From the IMG/VR virus record IMGVR_UViG_3300034251_000012, positions 1 through 52,845 of that record: a stretch of 52,845 nt of DNA; one strand, written 5' to 3'. Numbering within the stretch: position 1 is the first letter of the stretch; the number at the start of each line of letters is the position of its first letter. The position numbers and the translations under genes are program-made. Below the pieces are notes generated by a model that searched no databases, was not told where the DNA came from, and was given only the letters and a program-made list of their open reading frames with translations. Shown one piece after another: positions 33,699 to 40,651 of this stretch. The DNA comes from a virus.

Positions 33699-34332
33699 CG
33701 GGCAGATTCTCTACCGCAGGCGCACCGAGCGCGGCGAGCAGTATAAGTTCTTATCACCGGCCGCCGTGGCGGAGGCCTTTCGGCAGGCGCCCTTCGACAC
33801 CGGCCACCTGCCGCCCGGCGTCTTCAGGTGCGGCCAGAGCGCGCGCGGCGACTTCGCCGCCCTCGTCATCCCGGCACAGCGTCACGAGCTGTCTGTTGAA
33901 AGCGCGCGCCGCGGCGGCGGGCGGGCGGTGCTCAGTTTGTGGCTGCCGGCATTCGTCTTCTTCGGCATCGCGCAGAGCTATCACGTCTGGGCGGTGAAGT
34001 CGGATGTGACTACGCCCGATCTCGTGCTGCATCACGCGCCGCTGCCGAACGTCTTCAACAACGGCGGCATCTGCTGGGGGCAGAACGACCGCCCCGCCGC
34101 CTCGACGCAAACCATCACCGAGGCGTGGAAACTCTTCATCGGATCGCCATTCAACGAGCATGCGGCGTCGAATAAAGTCCGGGGCGTCGCGGGCGACGTG
34201 CGCCCGTATCTGCGGAACGTCTCACGGTCGAAGAGGCGGTTTCCGCTCGGCGATCTGCTGCCGATGAGGATGCACGGCAGGAGCACGCTCGACCCGGCGA
34301 TCACGGAACTCATTCAGGAAGGTGGGCAATGA
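33688..34332 (+). CDS. E2/UBC-like protein (PRTRC protein B-like)
   Basis: HHAPLPNVFNNGGICWG resembles the E2 HPN...G-x-I-C active-site region. The start is ambiguous (33622 or 33688). Confidence 0.6.
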   Translation: MFFDGQILYRRRTERGEQYKFLSPAAVAEAFRQAPFDTGHLPPGVFRCGQSARGDFAALVIPAQRHELSVESARRGGGRAVLSLWLPAFVFFGIAQSYHVWAVKSDVTTPDLVLHHAPLPNVFNNGGICWGQNDRPAASTQTITEAWKLFIGSPFNEHAASNKVRGVAGDVRPYLRNVSRSKRRFPLGDLLPMRMHGRSTLDPAITELIQEGGQ

Positions 34333-34994
34333 TTCAACTCGCAGGCTATCGCGTCATCCGCCGGGGTGAAAATTTGCAGGACGCGGCGGATCGGTCGGAC
34401 ACGCCCCCGCGCTCGACGATGTTCGATTACCTCTTCGGCGCGAACGGCGTCTTCATCAAGGCCTCGCGCATGTTCCTGAGCGCCTGCGTCCCTGTCGGCT
34501 GGTGCGACATCCGCGGCCTCGCCGTGATCGAGCCATCCGTTGCCCTCGACGCCCCGCGGGTCCCGGCCGCCCTCATCGCGCGCGCGCTGAACCGCTCGCG
34601 TGAAGTGTGTGTGAGAGCGGGCAAGCCCCGGGAGATTCTGTTCTACCTTATTTACGAAGACACCTCGGAGACGACCGGCGAGTGGAGGCTCGTCGAGCCG
34701 GAGCAGATCGCGACCGGCGGGAGCGTCCACCCGACGGACGACGCCGGCGATGAATACCGCCGGGCGATCATCGAGCTGCACAGCCACAATGAGATGCAGG
34801 CCTTCTTCTCGTCGCAGGATGACCGGGACGAGCAGGGCTTCAGAATCTATGCCGTGATCGGAAACATCTTCACGAAGCCCGCCTTGCGCGTGCGCGTAGG
34901 CGTCTACGGTTACTTTTACGAGCTGGCGGCGGCCGACATCTTCGAGTTGCCGGAGGGGCTGGAAGACGCGGCAGAGATCGGAGAGAGACGATGA
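34329..34994 (+). CDS. JAB/MPN+ (JAMM) metalloisopeptidase (PRTRC protein A-like)
   Basis: ELHSHNEMQAFFSSQD gives H-x-H-x7-S-x2-D, with upstream Glu residues. It has an ATGA overlap with the upstream gene. Confidence 0.8.
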   Translation: MIQLAGYRVIRRGENLQDAADRSDTPPRSTMFDYLFGANGVFIKASRMFLSACVPVGWCDIRGLAVIEPSVALDAPRVPAALIARALNRSREVCVRAGKPREILFYLIYEDTSETTGEWRLVEPEQIATGGSVHPTDDAGDEYRRAIIELHSHNEMQAFFSSQDDRDEQGFRIYAVIGNIFTKPALRVRVGVYGYFYELAAADIFELPEGLEDAAEIGERR

Positions 34995-35431
34995 ACATTT
35001 ACATTGCTAGTAGTTGGAAGAATGTCCACGCAGTCGAAATGCTCACCGCATTGCTGCGTGAGCGCGGCCATACGGTGCTGTCCTTCGTGGAAAACAATCA
35101 CGGAGAGAATCCTAACTCGTCCATCAATGAAAAGGCCGGAGAGAAGCCCGTGCCATTCGACGAATGGTGTGCCTCCCAAGACGGCGCTCGCTCGTTCACC
35201 TATGACATCGCAGGCGCGACAACCTCAGACCTTGTGATCTACGTCGGCCCGTCAGGCACTGATGCCTGGGCGGAAGTCGGCGCGGCATGGGCGAGCGGCA
35301 GACTAATTCTCGGGCTGTGGGCAAAGGGCGAGCCGGTCGGGTTGATGCGCCGCATGGTCGAATGGTCAACGGACTATCGCCAGCTACTCATTAACGTAGA
35401 TTCTGTCGTGAAAGCGAAAGAGAAGCAATGA
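34991..35431 (+). CDS. Nucleoside 2-deoxyribosyltransferase-like protein
   Basis: The N-terminus is MNIYIASSW and the segment DLVIYVGPSGTDAWAEVGAAWASGRLILG fits the NDT-like fold signature. The gene is AT-richer than its neighbours and has ATGA overlaps on both sides. Confidence 0.5.
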   Translation: MNIYIASSWKNVHAVEMLTALLRERGHTVLSFVENNHGENPNSSINEKAGEKPVPFDEWCASQDGARSFTYDIAGATTSDLVIYVGPSGTDAWAEVGAAWASGRLILGLWAKGEPVGLMRRMVEWSTDYRQLLINVDSVVKAKEKQ

Positions 35432-36315
35432 GAAAGAACCCGACGACACTCGATCTCTCCTACGCAGTCGCCGCGACCGTCCTCGCGCGCCAGCCCGAGC
35501 GCGGCCCCATCACCTTCTGGCTCGTCGGGTGCGGCGGTAACGGCTCGCACGTCGCGCAGCACCTCGGCCGCCTGCTCTTCTCGATGAAGGCGCGGGGCAT
35601 ACGCGCGCGCGCGATCTTCGTGGATCACGACACGGTCGAGCCGAAGAATGTCGGCCGGCAGAATTTCAGCTCGCCCGAGGTGGGTCGCAACAAGGCCGAG
35701 ACGCTCGCCCGCAGGTTCGGCGCGGCGTGGGGTCTCGACATCGAGGCCGTGCCCTCCCGCTTCAAACACACCATGTTCACGCTCGATGCCGATCAGGACG
35801 AGCTGGGCGTCATCGTCGGGTGCGTAGACAACGCCGCGGGGCGCGTCGAGATGAATAAGTGTCTCTCCCGGAATGGGCAGGGGCGTGTCCCTGACGTGTG
35901 GCACCTCGACTGCGGCAACCACGAGCAGGCCGGGCAGGTGCTCCTCGGCTCCGCGTGGCACGCCGACCAGTTGAAGGGCGCCTTCCCCTCCCGCTCCCTG
36001 TGCCATGCGCTCCCCGGCCCGGCGCTGCAAAGCCCGGAGCTACTCGTCGCGCGCCCCGAGGAGCGGGCGGCGGCGAAGAAGATGTCATGCGCCGAACTCG
36101 TCGCGGCGAACCAGCAGTCGCACGACATCAACGCGGCCGTCGCGGTCGCCGCGAAGACGATGCTCACGCAGCTCTTCCTGACGCGAGACCTGAAGCGACT
36201 CGCATGCGAGGTGAACAATCTGGCAGGCTCGATGCGCTCGACCTACGTCACGCCGGAGGCAGTTGCCCGGATCACGTCCAAGCCGGTCAAATTCATTTAC
36301 AGGGAGGCCGCCTGA
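35428..36315 (+). CDS. ThiF/E1-like adenylating enzyme
   Basis: The Rossmann loop is WLVGCGGNGSHV, followed by FVDHDTVEPKNVGRQNF...VGRNKAETLA, typical of the ThiF/MoeB/E1 family. Confidence 0.85.
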   Translation: MRKNPTTLDLSYAVAATVLARQPERGPITFWLVGCGGNGSHVAQHLGRLLFSMKARGIRARAIFVDHDTVEPKNVGRQNFSSPEVGRNKAETLARRFGAAWGLDIEAVPSRFKHTMFTLDADQDELGVIVGCVDNAAGRVEMNKCLSRNGQGRVPDVWHLDCGNHEQAGQVLLGSAWHADQLKGAFPSRSLCHALPGPALQSPELLVARPEERAAAKKMSCAELVAANQQSHDINAAVAVAAKTMLTQLFLTRDLKRLACEVNNLAGSMRSTYVTPEAVARITSKPVKFIYREAA

Positions 36316-36992
36316 TGGAACTCGGAGAAGTCCGGCGCGCCGCCGAGACGCTTGTCACCATGATGAGCAAATACTGCGAGCGCGTCGAAATCGGCGGCAG
36401 CATCCGTCGCGGGAAGCCGCAGGTCAAAGACATGGAGATCGTCTGCGTACCGAAGTGGGAGATTGCCCCCATCGAGGAGCAGGTGCGCGACCTCTTCGGC
36501 TCGCCGCCCAAGACCCCGGCCAATTTCAACCTGCTGCACTACTGGGCAGTGTGTGAGCAAAAGATTCTGACGTGGATCAAGCCGGGCACGCAGGAGATCA
36601 TCCCGTGGCAGGTGAAGCCAGAGGGCAAATACTGGCGCGGCGTCTTCACCGGCGCGGCGATGGAGAGTTTCAAGCTCGACCTCTTCCTCGCGCGGCCTGA
36701 GAACTTCGGGATCATCCATCTCATCCGGACGGGCGCGGCGGAGTTCTCGGCCGCCGTCCTCGGCCACGCGAAGCACAACACGCCCTACCAGACGGAGAGC
36801 AGCTACTACGAGGAGCACGAGATGAAGGGGAAGCCCGAAGGCTACTTGGTGCGCAAGGCGACCGGCGAGCGGGTCGAGACGCGCGAAGAGCATGATGTGT
36901 TCGAGTTGCTGGGGCTGGAGTATCTGGCGCCGGCCGAGCGGATTGATGGGCGCAGCCTGCGCCCGCTGGCTCGAAGGGTTTCCGAGTCGTGA
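36315..36992 (+). CDS. Pol beta / PolX-like nucleotidyltransferase
   Basis: GGSIRRGKPQVKDMEIVCV (GS...D-x-E) and the C-terminal HDVFELLGLEYLAPAER resemble minimal family-X polymerases. The start overlaps the E1 stop. Confidence 0.6.
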   Translation: MELGEVRRAAETLVTMMSKYCERVEIGGSIRRGKPQVKDMEIVCVPKWEIAPIEEQVRDLFGSPPKTPANFNLLHYWAVCEQKILTWIKPGTQEIIPWQVKPEGKYWRGVFTGAAMESFKLDLFLARPENFGIIHLIRTGAAEFSAAVLGHAKHNTPYQTESSYYEEHEMKGKPEGYLVRKATGERVETREEHDVFELLGLEYLAPAERIDGRSLRPLARRVSES

Positions 36993-37025
36993 CTTAAAAC
37001 GTCCGTTTGTTGGGCATGGAGAATT

Positions 37026-37235
37026 ATGAGTGAAAGTAACGTGTCGGGAAATGGCGAGCGCGTGTTTCGCATCCACGCGACTCAGACCATGTTTGATGAG
37101 CGCGTCGAGCGAATGGAGGTTCCCATTCTAGCGGCCTCAGAGTCGCACGCCGTCTATCTGTTTTGGAACTCCCAAGCCCCGCGAACGTCTCTTGTTCGAG
37201 CGATGGAAATCATTGCCGTCGTGCGTGACGAATAG
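37026..37235 (+). CDS. Hypothetical protein
   Basis: A 69-aa ORF, last in the rightward operon, with GGAGAAT upstream. Confidence 0.4.
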   Translation: MSESNVSGNGERVFRIHATQTMFDERVERMEVPILAASESHAVYLFWNSQAPRTSLVRAMEIIAVVRDE

Positions 37236-37694
37236 CCCTCTTTTTTGAATATGGAGAATCCCATGAGCTATCCCTACTATTGATCGTGGCGGAGTGGTTG
37301 GGGCGATAAGGAACTTGACTCAAAACGAATTAGAGTGAAAATGGGGATTATGAGGGGAGATATGAGTAATGGCTGACGACAGGGAATGGTTTACATCTTT
37401 CGACAGCGAGTTTTTAATACGTGAACTGGAAAACAAGGATACCCACATCGTAAACCTTTACGGCCGTCTGGTACACGGCGAATGGGAATATGCAATCGTT
37501 CGCTGGCGCTACCGCCGCCTACTCTCATCCTGCGATTCAAGGGTAAACAGATTCTCGAAGCGGAAGAGTTGTGAAAATTCTTCTTACCTTAAACCCCTGC
37601 ACTTCCCCGCCCTCCTTATCCCTTTGTGCGTCGCTATCAACAGTTGCAGCCGTGTAACCCGGCGTGAAACCCGCGCGCGCCTATTGGCTGCCGC

Positions 37695-38789
37695 CTACCT
37701 CCGGGACGGGCTGGAGCTGTGTGTGTGTGTGCATCTCGCGACGCCCTTGTCCGGCCCCTCCGGGTACCAGAAGCCGACGCCGGCGCAGTCCGGGCACTTG
37801 CGCCGCTCTTCCCGGCTGAGCGCGGGCGCGGCCACGCTCTCCAGCACGGTGGCCATCTCCGCCACACGCGCCTTGTCCGCTTTCCACAGGCGGCGGCGCA
37901 GGTGCTCCGAGAGGAACGCCGGCACGTTCGAGACCGTCGTGCGCGCCGCCGCGATCCGCAGCTCCGCGACGAGTATCTCCGCCAGCTCCTCCCACCGCTC
38001 GCCGCTCGTCGAGACCTTGCCCGTCAGTTCCCTCTCGACCTCGATCAGCTTGGCGGTCAGCCGGCGCGCGCCAGCGTCATCATCAGAATTCCCTTCTTTA
38101 GTCTTAATTAAAGTCTTAGCATCACTCGAAGGTGTTGATTCTATAACCACTTGACCCCCTCCACCTCCTACCGGTTTTTGGGTAGACCCTCCACCCAATT
38201 CTTGATCGGAGGTGGGAGGTGGTATGAGGTGGTGGTAGGAGGTGGAGGGAGGGGGCAGCTCTTCGGGAATGAAGACCTCATATCGCGCCCCGTCGTTGTC
38301 GCCGAGTTCCCACTTCTGCACGATCAGCCCGACGGCTTGCAGATGCCTCAGATGCCCGCGCAGGGTGTTGTGACTGATACCCGCCCACTCCATCATGTCG
38401 CCCTGTCTGGCCTGGATCATCCGGACGGGGACGATTGCACCTCGCGTGCGTTGGTAAAGGGCGTCGTAGAGCTTCTTCGACGTGCCTTTGAACAGGCCGG
38501 CCGGCAGCGCGTCGCGGCTGATCGAATTGGCCACCCGCGCGAAATCTCTTCGGGGGGCTGCGTCCTGAGAACTGGGTGGAGGGGGGTGGTGGTAGGTGGT
38601 GGTAGGAGGGGGCAGAGCAGCTTCCACCGGAGACTCGGGGGCGTCGTGTGATCCCGCCAGCAGGAATGCCAGCGCCTTGCGCGCCGGTGTTTTACCTTCC
38701 GGGGCTGCGCGCTCAAGCGCTTCGTTCGCCCGCTGATCCGCTGCTGATAATTTGGTTTTCGGCGGTGGCATGAGCGACCTCTTTCGCAA
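37695..38789 (-). CDS. Second initiator-like / centromere-binding-like protein (paralog of 20575..21654 at the C-terminus)
   Basis: The wHTH-like core is MMEWAGISHNTLRGHLRHLQAVGLIV. The C-terminal CPDCAGVGFWYPEGPDKGVARCTHTH matches CPDCHGKGFWYPAGED...KCKH of the other initiator. Internal DNA repeats encode PPPTTTYHHPPPP and PPPSTSYHHLIPPP. The 5' end overlaps parA by 77 nt, so the true start is uncertain. Confidence 0.55.
   Translation of the reverse strand: MRKRSLMPPPKTKLSAADQRANEALERAAPEGKTPARKALAFLLAGSHDAPESPVEAALPPPTTTYHHPPPPSSQDAAPRRDFARVANSISRDALPAGLFKGTSKKLYDALYQRTRGAIVPVRMIQARQGDMMEWAGISHNTLRGHLRHLQAVGLIVQKWELGDNDGARYEVFIPEELPPPSTSYHHLIPPPTSDQELGGGSTQKPVGGGGGQVVIESTPSSDAKTLIKTKEGNSDDDAGARRLTAKLIEVERELTGKVSTSGERWEELAEILVAELRIAAARTTVSNVPAFLSEHLRRRLWKADKARVAEMATVLESVAAPALSREERRKCPDCAGVGFWYPEGPDKGVARCTHTHSSSPSRR
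38157..38250. repeat. Inverted and direct GGTAGG/GGTGG repeats inside the second initiator-like gene
   Basis: ccctccacctcctacc (38157-38172) is the reverse complement of ggtaggaggtggaggg (38235-38250). Related copies lie at 38187-38196 and 38209-38225. Confidence 0.5.
38575..38612. repeat. Second block of GGTGGTAGG repeats in the same gene
   Basis: ggtggaggggggtggtggtaggtggtggtaggagggggcag; compare ggtggtaggaggtggagggagggggcag at 38231-38258. Confidence 0.5.
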
Positions 38790-39498
38790 GTCGGTTGTAA
38801 TCCAGATACCCGCTTGATCGCGAGTAATCGAGCAGTGGGCGACCGGCCGACATGGCGACCGAGATGTCCGTGTTCAGATTGATCTTGGCATTGAGCAGGT
38901 GGCTCTCGAATTCCTCTTCGAGCCGGCGGCGTAAATTCTCGGACTCTTTGACGCCTTGACGGAAGAAAGTTTGTAAGGCCAGCACTTTCCATCGCTTTGA
39001 GAAAGCCTGACTGAGTCCCGTCATCAGGTCGAGCAGTTCGAGCGCCTCTTTGAGCGCCAGAGAGGATGAGACGGGCACGATCACGTGATCGGCAGCCATC
39101 AGTGCATTGACTGTCAGGAGCCCTAAATTCGGCGGGCAGTCAATCACGGCGTATTCGTATTCCAGCCCTTCGAGGGTGAGAGCCAGTTTCTCTTCACGAC
39201 GGTAGACGTTTCTGAGTTCCACTTCTCCCATGGCCAGCTCGCGGTTGGCAGGGAGCAGGAACGTGTGATCGCGCAGCGCACGAATAGCGTCGGGCGCGAC
39301 CGCACGGCCGAAGAGCACGTCATAGATGGTCGGCGAGAGCAGGTTGGCGTCGAGCGCGAATCCTTGCGCGCAGTGGCCCTGCGGGTCGAAGTCCACGAGC
39401 AGGGTCTTGTGCTTTAAGCCGAGGAAGGCCGCGAGGTTGACAGACGTGGCGGTCTTACCGACTCCGCCCTTCTGGTTCGCGATGGCGATTGTGATCAT
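38713..39498 (-). CDS. parA: ParA/Soj-family partition ATPase
   Basis: The deviant Walker A is IAIANQKGGVGKTATSVNLAA. The protein is 261 aa. Confidence 0.9.
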   Translation of the reverse strand: MITIAIANQKGGVGKTATSVNLAAFLGLKHKTLLVDFDPQGHCAQGFALDANLLSPTIYDVLFGRAVAPDAIRALRDHTFLLPANRELAMGEVELRNVYRREEKLALTLEGLEYEYAVIDCPPNLGLLTVNALMAADHVIVPVSSSLALKEALELLDLMTGLSQAFSKRWKVLALQTFFRQGVKESENLRRRLEEEFESHLLNAKINLNTDISVAMSAGRPLLDYSRSSGYLDYNRLAKEVAHATAENQIISSGSAGERSA

Positions 39499-39704
39499 GC
39501 GGCTTCCTCCTTCGGTTTCCTCGGCCGGCCCACCTTGAGCTGCGGGACGGTAGCAGTCTCGGGCACCTCCCAGTAATGACCGGACGGCGTCTCTCGCTTG
39601 ACGGCCTCCGGGATGAGTCCCTGCTGGAGCCAGTTGGCGACGGTCGTATAAGCCACCCCCTGCCGGGCGGCGAACTGTCTCGGCGTTAGCATCTTTCCCC
39701 CCAT
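39495..39704 (-). CDS. Excisionase/MerR-type HTH DNA-binding protein upstream of parA
   Basis: The HTH-17-like segment is LTPRQFAARQGVAYTTVANWLQQGLIP. It has a 4-nt overlap with parA. Confidence 0.6.
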   Translation of the reverse strand: MGGKMLTPRQFAARQGVAYTTVANWLQQGLIPEAVKRETPSGHYWEVPETATVPQLKVGRPRKPKEEAA

Positions 39705-39743
39705 TTCGATCAGCCTCTCCCCCGGCTCTATCGGGTGCCGGGC

Positions 39744-39772
39744 ATCATAGTCGCCCCGCGAAAATAAATCAA
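39744..39772 (-). promoter_or_regulatory. Promoter candidate of the HTH-parA operon
   Basis: On the minus strand it reads TTGATT-N17-TATGAT. The palindrome AAAATAAA/TTTATTTT lies at 39761-39781. Confidence 0.55.
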
Positions 39773-39801
39773 GTTTATTTTGTAGCCCCTACCTTTTTCT
39801 C

Positions 39802-39830
39802 TTGACATTCTATCTTGTAACCCCTACAAT
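39802..39830 (+). promoter_or_regulatory. Consensus sigma70-type promoter flanked by direct repeats
   Basis: TTGACA (39802-39807), N17, TACAAT (39825-39830). The direct repeats TGTAGCCCCTAC (39781-39792) and TGTAACCCCTAC (39816-39827) bracket the -35 and overlap the -10. Confidence 0.65.
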
Positions 39831-39866
39831 GTTTCTTGTCGGCGGAATGAAAAGACGGAAGGGAAA

Positions 39867-40061
39867 ATGACGATGACGACCAAACTCGACGAACTCAAAC
39901 GCGACCTGAACTACATGACCCGCACGGTCAATCAAATGCTCACGGATGACTACGAGGCGGTCGAAGTCATGCACCGCACCATCGCCAACATGCGCGCTTC
40001 CATCTCGGAGATCGAACTCGACGCGCAGCCCGACACCTCGGACGCCCTGATCGCGGCGTGA
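39867..40061 (+). CDS. Hypothetical protein
   Basis: A 64-aa ORF with a GGAAGGGAAAA RBS-like tract upstream. Confidence 0.45.
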   Translation: MTMTTKLDELKRDLNYMTRTVNQMLTDDYEAVEVMHRTIANMRASISEIELDAQPDTSDALIAA

Positions 40062-40113
40062 ACCTTAAACCATCAACCATCAACCTAAAATCACAGTCAC
40101 AGGAGAGAGAACA

Positions 40114-40577
40114 ATGTTTGTCGTGAAAGAGACCCCGCAATTGCTTAAGGCAAAGCAGAAAGCATACGAAGAGCGGCCGGACGTGCGCAAGGTAGAGGGT
40201 ACATCCGGGAATACCGGGTCGAAGGCTCGCAGGGAACTTACTACACCGTCATCGCGCAGCGCGTCGGCCACTGTCTGACGATTCATTGCGTGTGCGTCGC
40301 CGGTTTGTACGGGACAGTCTGCTATCACGCCGCCGCCGTGCTGCAAGAGTTTACTGCCGAGCAAGCGGCGAAGGCTGCCGCACCGGCGCGCGACTCACGC
40401 CTCGCGCTCGTCGAGAAGCAGTTGCAGTTCGTCGCCCGCCGCGCCGCGACCCTTGCCGCCGTCCGTTTCGACGTGGCGGACGAGATCGAGAGCGCAGCCC
40501 GCTCCGCCCTGCACGCCCTCGCCGAATACGAACTGGCCATCTCTGACAGCCACGCACTCCCGGCGCGCGTCGCTTAA
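40114..40577 (+). pseudogene. SWIM zinc-finger protein gene interrupted by a frameshift near 40197-40199
   Basis: The ATG at 40114 has an AGGAGAGAG RBS and opens a 54-aa frame that stops at 40278. The -1 frame continues as ...YIREYRVEGSQGTYYTVIAQRVGHCLTIHCVCVAGLYGTVCYHAAAV (CxCxnCxH) to 40577, and has no ATG, GTG or TTG start before the GTG at 40290. Confidence 0.5.
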
Positions 40578-40651
40578 TAAGCGAAGGCTCGGAAGAGCGG
40601 TAACTCTTCCGAGCCTTCTTAACAACCTGACCACAAGGAGATCAGATCGTC

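Noticed and set aside
37369-38154. A 261-aa plus-strand ORF taken as a real gene along its full length.
   Set aside because: Its 3' two-thirds are antisense to the 364-aa initiator-like gene and translate as Arg/Ser/Ala-rich low-complexity sequence. Only the 5' ~130 nt look coding (see finding).
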